Positions 45,077 through 55,599 of a stretch of 64,000 nt of DNA are shown here, piece by piece; positions within the stretch are counted from its first letter, which is position 1; every line of letters starts with the position of its first letter. A model generated the notes under the pieces. It was given only the letters and a program-made list of their open reading frames with translations, was not told where the DNA came from and searched no databases. Origin of the DNA: Christensenella sp. UBA4263 (GTDB lineage Bacteria; Bacillota; Clostridia; Christensenellales; Aristaeellaceae). The translations under genes and the position numbers were made by a program. The stretch is from the NCBI GenBank assembly GCA_002395225.1, contig DGWH01000092.1, positions 23,325-87,324 on the forward strand. Direction: 5' to 3'.

Positions 45077-47461
45077 ATGGAAGATTGGATTATCATAGTC
45101 GACGACGATACTGAAAGTCTTAAACTGGCTGGCAGTTTTCTCAGTAAAGCTGGCAAACGTGTGACCGCACTGAACTCCGGGAAGGAACTGCTGGATTATA
45201 TTAAGACATACGGCTGTCCGGACCTGATCCTGCTGGATATTTACATGCCCGAAATGAATGGATTTGAAACATTACGGCGGTTGAAGGAACAGAAGCTGTA
45301 CGACAGAGACATTCCGGTGATTTTTCTTTCCTGGGATGAATCCAGCAGAGCGGAAATCGAAGGCCTTAAATCCGGGGCAATGGATTTTATCCGCAAGCCT
45401 TTCTCGCCGGATGTCCTTTTGAACCGCGTTCAGAGAGCACTGGATATCCAGCACCGAATTACCCAGTATGAACACGAAGCTGAAACGGACAAGATGACCG
45501 GCATCCTGAACAGATCTGCCACCGAATCGTCCATGCACAGCCTTTGTCTTAGGGAAAAGGGCTACCTGTGCCTGATGGACCTTGATTCGTTCAAGGCCGT
45601 CAACGACATCTATGGTCATGAGGTAGGCGACCAGATTCTGATCCTGTTTGCCAACCTTCTGAAACAGCACAGCCGTGAGGGGGATGTCACCGGGCGAATC
45701 GGCGGGGATGAGTTCATCTATTTCGGCAAAAACATGACCGAAAAGTCCGAGCTGGAACAGTTTGTCAATTCCATCAGTGAAGAGTTCAATGCCGGGGGAA
45801 AGAAAATTATCGGCGACCAGATGCCTATCCCGCTTGGAATATCCGTGGGCGCCGTGTCCGTTCCCGAATACGGACGGGACTATTCGGATCTGTTCCATAT
45901 GGCTGACCAGGCGCTGTACTTTGTCAAGCAGAATGGAAAACACGGATACCGGCTGTATACGGAAGAACTGGAATCGTATTCCGAAAGACAGATCAATCTT
46001 AAAACCGTTACCACGATTCTCGAGGAAAAAGACCATTCGCCCAATGCGCTGTGGATGGGCCGGGAGGTCTTCGGCAGCATCTATCGGTATATGCTGCGCT
46101 ATATGGACCGTTATCACAGCGTCGCCTATCAGGTTCTTTTCAGCATCACCTTCCTGGAAGAGGTCACCAGTGTCGAGCATACGGAAATAATGATGCAGTT
46201 CCGGAACATGTTGCAGCTCTCCCTTCGGAACAGTGATGTCATGATGGAATGCGGCGACAGTCAGCTGTTTCTTCTTTTGCCGGAAATCCGGGAATACGAT
46301 ATTGAACGGGTGGTCAGCCGGCTTGTCAGCAAATGGACCAGTCAGGAACAGACCAAAAAAACAAGAGTTTCCTACGAATACAGTGAAGTCCGGCTGAAGA
46401 GCCATGAACAGACTGAAACGCATCCGGAAACCTTCCCGAACTGGATTGTGATTGCAGACAATGATGATGTGGAGATGGCACAGGCCATTTCCACAATGCT
46501 GAAACAGCAGAAACTGCATGTCTCCGTGTTCCGGTCAGGGAATGAGCTCCTTGAGGCCATTAAGGATAATACCCCTGAACTGATTCTGCTCAATGCCGAA
46601 CTGCCGGGAATGGACGGATTTGGCGTATTAAGCCGGCTTCGCAGTGAGACTGCCTGGAAGAATCTGCCGGTGGTATTCCTGATCAATGACAACGATACAA
46701 AAACCGAGCAGCGCTGTCTTGAGCTTGGGGTCATCGACTGTTTCAGAAAATCCAGCCCCGAAATCCTTGCGCTGCGTATACGCCGTATTCTGGAGATTTT
46801 GCACCTCCAGAAAAATCTGACGGAAACCGTCGAGCGGAAAACAAGAGACAATGAACGCCAGTCGCTCAAAGTTCTGTATACCCTGGCGAAAATCATTGAC
46901 GGGAAAGACCGGTCCACAAACAATCATTCGCCGAGAGTCGCGGAATATGCAAGAGAGATTGCACGGCGTGCCGGATATAACCTCGGACAGCAGGATGATA
47001 TCTACGTGGTCGGCCTGCTGCACGACATCGGAAAAATCAATATTCCCGATGAGATCTTCAATAAGCCCGGGCCCCTGACGGCGGATGAATATGAGACCAT
47101 CAAGGCACATACCATCTATGGCGCGAACACGCTGAGTGAAATTGACGGGATGCCAAAGCTGGAACAGGGCGCCAGATGGCATCATGAACGTTATGACGGG
47201 ACTGGCTATCCGGACGGGCTGGCCGGAGAGGCGATTCCTGAGGAAGCGAGAATTATCGCCGTTGCGGATGCCTATGATGCCATGACGAGCGTTCGGAGTT
47301 ATCGCGCTCCGCTCACCCGGGAACAGGTCCGCAAAGAGCTGATTGACGGAATGGGAACGCAGTTTGATCCGCATTTCGCCAAAATCATGCTGGATATGAT
47401 GGATGAGGACACGGAATTCCAGATGCGTGAGGGCGGAGTCTGGCCGGGTTCCACCAAATAA
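45077..47461 (+). CDS. REC - GGDEF - linker - pseudo-REC - HD-GYP signalling protein (c-di-GMP synthesis and hydrolysis domains)
   Basis: REC1 has DLILLDIYMPEMNG. The GGDEF motif is intact (45701-45715) with RxxD five residues upstream. REC2 has LILLNAELPGMDG, with Asn at the phospho-acceptor position (46592-46594). The HD-GYP domain has LLHDIGK and HHERYDGTGYP. Confidence 0.85.
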   Translation: MEDWIIIVDDDTESLKLAGSFLSKAGKRVTALNSGKELLDYIKTYGCPDLILLDIYMPEMNGFETLRRLKEQKLYDRDIPVIFLSWDESSRAEIEGLKSGAMDFIRKPFSPDVLLNRVQRALDIQHRITQYEHEAETDKMTGILNRSATESSMHSLCLREKGYLCLMDLDSFKAVNDIYGHEVGDQILILFANLLKQHSREGDVTGRIGGDEFIYFGKNMTEKSELEQFVNSISEEFNAGGKKIIGDQMPIPLGISVGAVSVPEYGRDYSDLFHMADQALYFVKQNGKHGYRLYTEELESYSERQINLKTVTTILEEKDHSPNALWMGREVFGSIYRYMLRYMDRYHSVAYQVLFSITFLEEVTSVEHTEIMMQFRNMLQLSLRNSDVMMECGDSQLFLLLPEIREYDIERVVSRLVSKWTSQEQTKKTRVSYEYSEVRLKSHEQTETHPETFPNWIVIADNDDVEMAQAISTMLKQQKLHVSVFRSGNELLEAIKDNTPELILLNAELPGMDGFGVLSRLRSETAWKNLPVVFLINDNDTKTEQRCLELGVIDCFRKSSPEILALRIRRILEILHLQKNLTETVERKTRDNERQSLKVLYTLAKIIDGKDRSTNNHSPRVAEYAREIARRAGYNLGQQDDIYVVGLLHDIGKINIPDEIFNKPGPLTADEYETIKAHTIYGANTLSEIDGMPKLEQGARWHHERYDGTGYPDGLAGEAIPEEARIIAVADAYDAMTSVRSYRAPLTREQVRKELIDGMGTQFDPHFAKIMLDMMDEDTEFQMREGGVWPGSTK

Positions 47462-47515
47462 GCAACCGTTCCAATGAACCAGATCCGATTCTGAAACAGA
47501 GAGAAGAGAGCTGCC

Positions 47516-48418
47516 ATGTTTTATCAGAGGCATCTGCAGCGCCTGGGCCTGCTCGTTACCGCACTGATCCTGTTTAATATCATTGTCACCAGTCTGCTTC
47601 TGATAAGTCAGGGAACCTTTATCCGGACACTCCAGCATCCGGCTGTATTTATACGGCCGGTTATCGGAATGGTCACGGGAATGATTATCTATTTTTCAGC
47701 AAAGAATGTATGGCTGCGCAAAAAAGGGTTTGTCGTTGTCCTGATTCTGGCGATTCTTTATGCCGTGATGACTTATGTGGGACAGCATCTGCAGGTGTCG
47801 CTGGATATCAGTCTTATCCTGATGATCCTCAGTGCCGTCACATTCTTTGAAATCGACCGGAACGAAAGGGCATGGAAAAAAGTGCTCCGAAACGACGCCT
47901 TGACACTGGATATCCGTGTCGCCGCGCGCTCGGAGCTGTTTGATCCCGTTGTCATGATGCCGCATCTTGAGGTCAATGAGAAAATCATCAGCGCAATCGA
48001 CCGTCTTCTGAATACTTCAGCCGATGCGGCACCCCTGAAGCTGAATATCCACTCATCCGAAAAGGTCTCCGATTCGCTTCAAAATACCTTCACGGAATGT
48101 CTGCGGATGCATTACCGGGATGAGCGCAAGCAGATTGTCCGTTTTCTCGAGAATCGATACAACCGGATACTCGGCCTCCTGATCCTCAGCGTTCTGGCGC
48201 TGATCATCTGGACGTCTTTTTCACCGGCAGAGGATGCAGGCGATAAGGTTCTGTGGCAGATACTGGGGAATTTTGCCGCCTTCTCACTCTGGCAGATCGG
48301 TTCAACCCATTTTGAGCGCTCCGAGGCCTATCTTAATCTGATGCGTCTCACAACCGCGGAAAACCTGAGCATCACCTTCCATGAACGAAGAAATGCCAAA
48401 GCACAAAAAGACGCTTGA
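47516..48418 (+). CDS. Hypothetical membrane protein
   Basis: 300 aa with several N-terminal and one C-terminal hydrophobic segment. No family was recognised. Confidence 0.5.
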   Translation: MFYQRHLQRLGLLVTALILFNIIVTSLLLISQGTFIRTLQHPAVFIRPVIGMVTGMIIYFSAKNVWLRKKGFVVVLILAILYAVMTYVGQHLQVSLDISLILMILSAVTFFEIDRNERAWKKVLRNDALTLDIRVAARSELFDPVVMMPHLEVNEKIISAIDRLLNTSADAAPLKLNIHSSEKVSDSLQNTFTECLRMHYRDERKQIVRFLENRYNRILGLLILSVLALIIWTSFSPAEDAGDKVLWQILGNFAAFSLWQIGSTHFERSEAYLNLMRLTTAENLSITFHERRNAKAQKDA

Positions 48419-48437
48419 TTGCCCCATCAGAAACCCA

Positions 48438-48466
48438 TTGACGGTCCCGACCCATTTTCATATTAC
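48438..48466 (+). promoter_or_regulatory. Candidate glgB promoter
   Basis: TTGACG, a 17-nt spacer, then TATTAC. Confidence 0.45.
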
Positions 48467-48480
48467 GAGGAGGAAATGAC

Positions 48481-50505
48481 ATGTCAGAATCCCTGAGAAT
48501 TCTCCAGATGAATCCCGAACTGATCCCGTATTCGGGAGATCTGTATTTCCGGCTCAATCATTACTACGATCGAAGGAACGAGCTCACGGGCGGAAACGGA
48601 GCCAGTCTGTGGGACTTTGCCGCCGGTGCAGAATACTTTGGCTTCCATCGTACGCAGACAGGCTGGGTATACAGGGAATGGGCACCCGGTGCGACTGAGA
48701 TGCATCTGACCGGTGATTTTAACGGCTGGAACCGCACCAGCCATCCCATGCATCCCATTGGAAACGGAAACTGGGAGATTGAACTGGAGGGTGCCAATGC
48801 ACTGCCGCACAATTCCAACGTGAAGGTGGTTGTCACCAGCGCACGCGGCACAGAGGACCGCATTCCTCTGTATGCGAATTATGTAACAGAAGGGGAGAAC
48901 CACAACTTCTCCGCCACCATCTGGAATCCGGAAAATCCCTTTGAATGGACCGATGGATCGTTCTCAAGCCTTTCCAACAATCCGCCCATCATCTATGAGG
49001 CGCATGTGGGAATGGCGGTTGAGGAAGAACGGGTCGGAACGTACCGGGAATTCGCGGAAAACGTTCTCCCCAGAATCAAGGCAGACGGATACAATACGGT
49101 TCAGCTGATGGCGATTATGGAGCACCCGTATTACGGAAGCTTCGGCTATCAGGTATCCAATTTCTTTGCCCCCAGCTCCCGTTTCGGGACACCGGATGAT
49201 CTGCGTGAACTGATTAACACGGCACATTCCCTGGGAATCAGTGTTCTTCTGGATCTGGTCCATTCGCACGCAGTGAAAAACACCGCAGAGGGCATTAACG
49301 GATTCGACGGCAGAGATGACCAGTTCTTCAAGGATGGACCTGCCGGCTATCATCCGGCCTGGGACTCCCGGGTATTTGATTACGGAAAGAACGGCGTAGT
49401 CCATTATCTGCTCTCAAACATTCGCTACTGGATGGAGCATTTCCACTTCGACGGATTCCGTTTTGACGGCGTAACCAGCATGCTCTATTGGGATCATGGC
49501 CTTGGAACGGCCTTCATGAGTCCAGCTCAGTATTTCTCCATGAATACCGATGTGGAGGCCGTCACGTATCTGCAGCTGGCCACCAGCCTCATTCACGAGA
49601 TCAATCCTCACGCGGTCTGCATTGCGGAGGACATGAGCGCCATGCCGGGCATGTGCCTGCCGATTCAGGACGGCGGCATCGGATTCAACTACCGCCTCAG
49701 CATGGGAATCCCGGATTATTACATCAAAACCATCAAGGAAAAGCGGGACGGCGACTGGAACATCGGACAGCTGTACTGGGAACTGATTGCCCGCCGTCCG
49801 GATGAGCATGTCATCGGTTACGCCGAAAGCCATGATCAGGCACTGGTGGGCGACAAGACCATCATGTTCCGTCTGGCCGACAAGGAAATGTATTATGCCA
49901 TGGACCGGGAGCATCCTAACTTTATCATCGATCGCGCCATCGCCCTTCACAAAATGATCCGTCTGGTCACCATCGGCGCCGGCGGAGACGGCTATCTGAA
50001 TTTCATGGGCAATGAATTCGGCCATCCGGAATGGATTGATTTCCCGAGAGAGGGCAATGGCTGGTCCTATTCACATGCACGGCGTCAATGGTCGCTGGCA
50101 GATAATCCGGCGCTGAAGTTCCTGTATCTCGGCGACTTTGATAAGGCAATGATCCGTCTGACCCGTCAGTTCCGGGTTCTTGAGGGCGGAATTGCCCGCT
50201 GTCTCATGCAGCATGAGCAGGATCAGCTGCTGATCTTCGAGCGGATGGGTTGCGTCTTTGTCTTCAATTTCCATCCTGACCGGGTACAGAATCCGCTGTT
50301 TGTTCCGCTTCCGGAAAAGTGTGACTATCGGGTCATCCTTTCCACGGATTCCTCGGAATTTGGCGGCTTTGAGAATATTGACACCAGTATTATCTATCAT
50401 TCCTGGGCGCACGACGATCAGTACGGAGACGGTACGCTGATGTATCTGCCTCCAAGAACCGCTGTCGTCCTTCGTCCCTGCACACCGTATGGTGTCCTTC
50501 GGTAA
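48481..50505 (+). CDS. glgB: 1,4-alpha-glucan branching enzyme (GH13)
   Basis: 674 aa. GH13 regions are present (VLLDLVHSH, GFRFDGVTSM, IAEDMS, YAESHD), with the GlgB-type N-terminus FGFHRT..GWVYREWAP. Confidence 0.85.
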   Translation: MSESLRILQMNPELIPYSGDLYFRLNHYYDRRNELTGGNGASLWDFAAGAEYFGFHRTQTGWVYREWAPGATEMHLTGDFNGWNRTSHPMHPIGNGNWEIELEGANALPHNSNVKVVVTSARGTEDRIPLYANYVTEGENHNFSATIWNPENPFEWTDGSFSSLSNNPPIIYEAHVGMAVEEERVGTYREFAENVLPRIKADGYNTVQLMAIMEHPYYGSFGYQVSNFFAPSSRFGTPDDLRELINTAHSLGISVLLDLVHSHAVKNTAEGINGFDGRDDQFFKDGPAGYHPAWDSRVFDYGKNGVVHYLLSNIRYWMEHFHFDGFRFDGVTSMLYWDHGLGTAFMSPAQYFSMNTDVEAVTYLQLATSLIHEINPHAVCIAEDMSAMPGMCLPIQDGGIGFNYRLSMGIPDYYIKTIKEKRDGDWNIGQLYWELIARRPDEHVIGYAESHDQALVGDKTIMFRLADKEMYYAMDREHPNFIIDRAIALHKMIRLVTIGAGGDGYLNFMGNEFGHPEWIDFPREGNGWSYSHARRQWSLADNPALKFLYLGDFDKAMIRLTRQFRVLEGGIARCLMQHEQDQLLIFERMGCVFVFNFHPDRVQNPLFVPLPEKCDYRVILSTDSSEFGGFENIDTSIIYHSWAHDDQYGDGTLMYLPPRTAVVLRPCTPYGVLR

Positions 50506-50512
50506 TTTCCAG

Positions 50513-50545
50513 ACGTCATCTGTCAACGGCAGATGACGTTTTTTG
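50513..50545 (+). terminator. glgB terminator
   Basis: ACGTCATCTG-tcaacgg-CAGATGACGT followed by TTTTTT. Confidence 0.8.
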
Positions 50546-50591
50546 GATTCCACCCTCAGAAAGATTCCGGACCAGAAAGGATCATTGTCAG

Positions 50592-52697
50592 ATGAAAATC
50601 AGGTTTGAAAAGGAGCACTTTTTGCTCCGGGCTGAAAGCCGGTTTGTTTGCTGCATGGACGGACAGGTCCATGTCCTTGAAACCGGCAGCGAAAACAGCC
50701 GTATCCGTTCTCTCGCAGCCGTTTCCGGCAAGGGCAGCGAAAGACGGATCGATGTCACCATCGCCAATCTGTCCGACCGTCCAGTCGAGATTCTTTCCGT
50801 CGAGAGTCTTCGCATCAAGCGCTGGGAAGACTTTGACTGCGGTCTGCCGTGGCAGGACATTCAGGTCATGATTCAGGGGCGGCATAAAAATGACATTCCG
50901 TCCGTGGTTACCCTGGGACACCGGGACGCTGCCATGGAGGATGCGCTTAACGGGATGACCGAAAGCGGAATCAGGAATCAGGGCGGCACGGGCGAAGCCT
51001 GTCTGAAAAGCGATACACTGACACTGTTCCGCGGCAGAGACGGGTATCTGTCCGTGGAATTCCCGGAGGGATGCCGGTATTTCTGCCATACGGCGGTCAT
51101 GCTTGGCCCGGCCGTGCCGGCGATCCGGATCGGATGCGAACCGGGAATGGTCCTTGAGCCGGGCTGCACCCTTCAGGCAGAGCCGGTCGTGCTGAGAACG
51201 GGTCCGGACTGGCCGGGCCTGATGCGCGCATTTACCGGAGAGAAGGCCAGACGCCTGGGAACAAGAGCCGGTGTTCTTCCGGTTCCGACGGTCTTCTGTA
51301 CCTGGTATTACTATGGCCTGACCGTCAGCTATGCGGATGTGAGGGAGAATCTTGACTGCATTGTCCGCCAGGGACTTCCGTATACCGTCTTTCAGATTGA
51401 TGAGGGATGGGAGATAACGCTGGGTGAATGGCGGCCCAATGTGCGCTTTCCGGTCAGCATGAAAGCGCTGGCGGAGGAGATCCGGGCAGCCGGCATGATT
51501 CCCGGCATCTGGACCAGTCCGTTTATTGCCCACGAAAGTGCCTCCATATGGTGTCTGCATCCGGACTGGGTGCTCCGGGATGAGGCGGGAAAACCGGTCC
51601 TGTTTCCTATGAACGACACGGTCTATCAGGTGCTGGATATTACCCTCAAACCGGTGCGGGACTATGTGCGGGACCTGTATAAAACCCTGACGGATGAATG
51701 GGGCTATCGGTATCACAAGCTGGATTTCACCCGTGCACCGGTGATCTATCCCTGGGCCAGACGCGGAAATCCGGCGCTTGCCTGGCCGGAGGCATACCGT
51801 CTGGCGCTCCGTGCCGTACGGGAGGGGATCGGGAATGACAGTTACCTTCTGATCTGCGGCGGCCTTTATGATGCCGCTGTCGGCATAGCCGATGCCCAGC
51901 GGACCGGATCGGATGTCCTTTCCATGTGGACCTCGGCGGGCGGCGGGGGAAAGGCCGTTCCCTTTACCGTCAAGCAAAACCTGATGCGCACGTATATGGG
52001 GGCCTGGTGGGCGAATGATGCCGACTGCCTGATGCTGCGCCGCCAGATGGAAATGACGAGAGGACTGAATCTGACCCTGGGTCTGCTTAGCCGGGAAGAG
52101 GTAAAAGTGATGCTGGTCAATCAGTACATGAGCGGCGGTCTGTTCAGCCAGACCGAGCCGCTGGCGCACATTGACCGGGAACGCCTCAGGGAAATCCGGC
52201 ATCTCCTGCCGCTGCTCCCGCTTGAGGCAGAGCCGGATCTCTTTGACGGCGCGCGCATCCCCGGCCGGATCCGGGTGAAGGGAGAGGGATTTGAGGAGCT
52301 TGTCCTGATTAACTGGGATGATGCGAAGCCGCTGCCGGTCAGGGTTTCTGCCGCTGAGATTCTGCACATGGACCGGCCTGAGGAAATGTACCTTTTGTCC
52401 GCTTTCTATTCCGGCAGATGGGCCGTTGCGGACGGCTGTGAAACGGTCGACATGGGAATGCTGCTGCCACATAGTGCCGAGATTGTGCGGGTCCAGCGCT
52501 ATGAATCCGGCAAGGCATTTATCGTCGGGAGCAACGGTCATTATGCGCTGGGCGGCGAACTGGCAGAGGTCCGTGAAAGCGGGGATAGTTTGTCCCTGAT
52601 TTCTCGAAAACCGCTTCCTTTTGCGACGGATTATTGTGTACTTCGTCCAAATGGACAGTGTCAAAATGTACGGATTGAGTGGACGGCGGGGGACTGA
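50592..52697 (+). CDS. GH36-like alpha-galactosidase family glycoside hydrolase
   Basis: CTWYYYG, FQIDEGWE and YHKLDF motifs resemble the melibiase catalytic barrel. There is no signal peptide. Confidence 0.55.
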   Translation: MKIRFEKEHFLLRAESRFVCCMDGQVHVLETGSENSRIRSLAAVSGKGSERRIDVTIANLSDRPVEILSVESLRIKRWEDFDCGLPWQDIQVMIQGRHKNDIPSVVTLGHRDAAMEDALNGMTESGIRNQGGTGEACLKSDTLTLFRGRDGYLSVEFPEGCRYFCHTAVMLGPAVPAIRIGCEPGMVLEPGCTLQAEPVVLRTGPDWPGLMRAFTGEKARRLGTRAGVLPVPTVFCTWYYYGLTVSYADVRENLDCIVRQGLPYTVFQIDEGWEITLGEWRPNVRFPVSMKALAEEIRAAGMIPGIWTSPFIAHESASIWCLHPDWVLRDEAGKPVLFPMNDTVYQVLDITLKPVRDYVRDLYKTLTDEWGYRYHKLDFTRAPVIYPWARRGNPALAWPEAYRLALRAVREGIGNDSYLLICGGLYDAAVGIADAQRTGSDVLSMWTSAGGGGKAVPFTVKQNLMRTYMGAWWANDADCLMLRRQMEMTRGLNLTLGLLSREEVKVMLVNQYMSGGLFSQTEPLAHIDRERLREIRHLLPLLPLEAEPDLFDGARIPGRIRVKGEGFEELVLINWDDAKPLPVRVSAAEILHMDRPEEMYLLSAFYSGRWAVADGCETVDMGMLLPHSAEIVRVQRYESGKAFIVGSNGHYALGGELAEVRESGDSLSLISRKPLPFATDYCVLRPNGQCQNVRIEWTAGD

Positions 52698-52852
52698 GAT
52701 GGGACGGATTGTCTGTTTTCAACAGAGAAAGAGATTAAGATTGTGCCATGAATCTTGAAGATATCCTATTGTAAAGCCTCCTCTTCAAATGGATAATAAA
52801 TACAGATTTCATCCGGTGAGCGATGAAACATTTTTTGAAGGAGGGAAAATCC

Positions 52853-54487
52853 ATGAAAAAAGTATCCGTGATTCTGACGCTTCTGCTGGCTATTTCCATG
52901 ATCTCGGCTCTTTGTCTGGCAGAATCCAAACCCGACCCGTTTGGAAAGTATGACGAGCCCGTAACCGTGCATTTTGTGCGCAGCACAGATGATACGCTGG
53001 ATGCCAACTATTTCTCCCAGCATCCTGACAAGACGATGACTGACAACCTCTGGTGCGACCTTTACAGAGACAAGCTGAACGTCATTGTGGATTATGACTG
53101 GATCGTCAAGGGCGGCGATGAGTATGATCAGAAGCTGAACATCGCGCTGGGCGTCGGCGACATTCCGGAGTTCGTGAATGTCAACACCCTGCAGCTCAAG
53201 CAGCTTGCTGAGGCCGATCTGATCATGCCTCTTGAGGAAATCTATGACAGCTATGCCTCCGATTTCACCAAGAAAATCATGCTGGAGACCGGCACCTCTC
53301 CGTTTGATGCCGCTACCATCAACGGACATCTCTATGGCCTGCCCAATGTGGACAGCACCCTGATGATCGCGGACCTTCTGTGGGTTCGTACCGACTGGCT
53401 CGAAAAGCTGAATCTGCCGATTCCGACCACCATGGACGAAGTTATTGCAACGGCAGAGGCTTTTGCCAAGGCAGACTTTGACGGCAATGGCGTGGATGAC
53501 ACCATCGGCGTCGCAATCGCCAAAGACCTCTGGGGACAGCTGTTCAGCCTGCGCGGATTCTTCAACGGCTTTGACTCCTATCCGGGCATCTGGGTGGAAG
53601 ATGAGAACGGGAATCTGGTCTATGGCTCCACGCTTCCGGGAACCAAGGATGCGCTGAAGACCCTGCATGAGATGTATGAAAAAGGTCTGATTGATCCCGA
53701 ATTCGGCGTCAAGGACGGCGGCAAGGTTGCTGAGGCAACGACAGCCGGCAAGTGCGGCATGTTCTTTGGTGCACAGTGGAACTCCATTTATCCGCTTCAG
53801 TCCTGCGTCAACCTCGACAAAAATGCACAGTGGCGTGCCGTGTCCATCGTTTCCGCAACCGACAAGCCGGTAAAGGCACAGACGGACGTAGGCACCCTGA
53901 GCTGGACGGTTGTCCGCAAAGACGTTGCACATCCGGAAGCGGTTGTGAAAATGTTCAACGTGTTCATCGACAAGAACTGGGGACCTGAGAACGAGAACGG
54001 CATCTACTATGCGCCGCTGGATTCCGAGTCCATCTGGAAACTGAGCCCGGTGGTTCCGACGAACCCCAACAAGAACAACGATGCGTTCATGGCTCTTGAG
54101 CAGTACCGCAAAGACGGCGACGAGAGCAAGGTTACCGGTGAGGCTTACAGCATTCTGCAGAAACTGAAAGCCTATGAGTCCGGCTCCGAGGACGGCTTTG
54201 CTCTGTGGGGCTGGGAGCGGATTTACGGTGCAGATGGTGCGTATGGTGTTCTGATTGATTATCAGAACAAGGGCATGCTGCAGGACAACCTGTTTGTAGG
54301 CGCCCCGACCGAAACCATGACCTCCAGAATGTCCACCCTTGAGGATCTTCAGGATGAAGTGTTCACCAAGATCATTCTGGGTGAGGCAGATGTGGATGCC
54401 TTCGATAAGTTTGTCAGCGACTTCAACGCGCTGGGCGGCAAGGAAATCACTGAGGAAGTCAACGAATGGTACGCCTCCGTTAAGTAA
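52853..54487 (+). CDS. Extracellular solute-binding protein, large LplA-type
   Basis: Signal peptide MKKVSVILTLLLAISMISALC. About 545 aa, upstream of two sugar-type ABC permease genes. Confidence 0.75.
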   Translation: MKKVSVILTLLLAISMISALCLAESKPDPFGKYDEPVTVHFVRSTDDTLDANYFSQHPDKTMTDNLWCDLYRDKLNVIVDYDWIVKGGDEYDQKLNIALGVGDIPEFVNVNTLQLKQLAEADLIMPLEEIYDSYASDFTKKIMLETGTSPFDAATINGHLYGLPNVDSTLMIADLLWVRTDWLEKLNLPIPTTMDEVIATAEAFAKADFDGNGVDDTIGVAIAKDLWGQLFSLRGFFNGFDSYPGIWVEDENGNLVYGSTLPGTKDALKTLHEMYEKGLIDPEFGVKDGGKVAEATTAGKCGMFFGAQWNSIYPLQSCVNLDKNAQWRAVSIVSATDKPVKAQTDVGTLSWTVVRKDVAHPEAVVKMFNVFIDKNWGPENENGIYYAPLDSESIWKLSPVVPTNPNKNNDAFMALEQYRKDGDESKVTGEAYSILQKLKAYESGSEDGFALWGWERIYGADGAYGVLIDYQNKGMLQDNLFVGAPTETMTSRMSTLEDLQDEVFTKIILGEADVDAFDKFVSDFNALGGKEITEEVNEWYASVK

Positions 54488-54504
54488 CAGAGAATGAACG
54501 ATCC

Positions 54505-54538
54505 GGGGACTGGTGGCGATCCATCAGTCCCTTCTTTT
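54505..54538 (+). terminator. Weak terminator or attenuator after the binding-protein gene
   Basis: GGGACTG, a 12-nt loop, then CAGTCCC followed by TTCTTTTC. Confidence 0.4.
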
Positions 54539-54660
54539 CATCACAGAAAAACACCGTCATGTCCGGAGAAGCGGCCCTACCGCACTGCGGCCGGCTGTCC
54601 GATCCGGGCCGGAACAGAGCTGCTCCGGCCAAAGACCAGCGTTGAAGAGGAGGCTGTCTC

Positions 54661-55587
54661 ATGCAGAGAACACACCTGAGACCGGCCAGACTGAAAGCAT
54701 TCAGGAAGGAACTTCCGTTTCATCTCATGCTTCTGCCGGCGGTCATTCTTGTCTTTATCTATATGTACGTCCCGCTGGGCGGACTCATCATTGCCTTTCA
54801 GAAATTCATCCCTGCCAAAGGACTGTTTGGCGAACAGAAGTGGGTAGGTCTTGACAATTTTATCTATCTGTACCGTCTCCCCGGCGCCATTTCCGCGCTG
54901 CGCAATACCGTTATCATCGCCTTTTATAAGATTATTCTGCATCTGATCATCCCCATCACCGTCTCCATTCTCCTCAGTGAGATTAAATCCGATCCGTTCA
55001 GACGCACCGCACAGACCCTGATTTATCTGCCTCACTTTCTGAGCTGGATCATCATGGGCGGCATTCTGATCGATATTCTTTCCCCGACAGACGGCATCGT
55101 CAACCGGTTCCTGGGGCTGTTTGGCGTCGGCCCGTATTTCTTCCTGGGCAGCAATGACACCTTCCGGTTTACCATCATCTTTACCGATGTCTGGAAAGAA
55201 TTCGGCTTTAATACCATCGTGTATCTGGCGGCAATCACCAATATTGATCCCAATCAGTACGAGGCGGCAACCATCGACGGCGCCAATCGCTTTCAGCGGA
55301 TGATTTACGTAACGCTGCCCAATATGCGGATGATAATCGTCCTGATGATGGTCCTCTCCCTTGGCAATGTCCTTAACGCAGGATTTGATCAGGTATTCAA
55401 CCTCTACAGCAAACAGGTATATGAAACCGGAGATATTCTGGATACCTTCATTTACCGGATCGGTCTGATTGATGCACAGTTCGGTGTGGCAACGGCCATG
55501 GGAATGTTCAAGTCCGTCGTTTCCACGCTGTTCATCTCCATCAGCTATTACTGTGCATACCGTTTCGCGGACTACCGTATTTTCTAA
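54661..55587 (+). CDS. ABC transporter permease (LplB/sugar type)
   Basis: 308 aa with ~6 TM segments and the EAA-loop region YEAATIDGANRFQRMIYVTLP. Confidence 0.8.
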   Translation: MQRTHLRPARLKAFRKELPFHLMLLPAVILVFIYMYVPLGGLIIAFQKFIPAKGLFGEQKWVGLDNFIYLYRLPGAISALRNTVIIAFYKIILHLIIPITVSILLSEIKSDPFRRTAQTLIYLPHFLSWIIMGGILIDILSPTDGIVNRFLGLFGVGPYFFLGSNDTFRFTIIFTDVWKEFGFNTIVYLAAITNIDPNQYEAATIDGANRFQRMIYVTLPNMRMIIVLMMVLSLGNVLNAGFDQVFNLYSKQVYETGDILDTFIYRIGLIDAQFGVATAMGMFKSVVSTLFISISYYCAYRFADYRIF

Positions 55588-55599
55588 GGAGGCAGAGCA

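Noticed and set aside
50556-52664. A 702-aa minus-strand ORF opposite the GH36-like gene.
   Set aside because: It is a shadow ORF. The + strand frame carries the glycoside-hydrolase motifs and fits the operon orientation.
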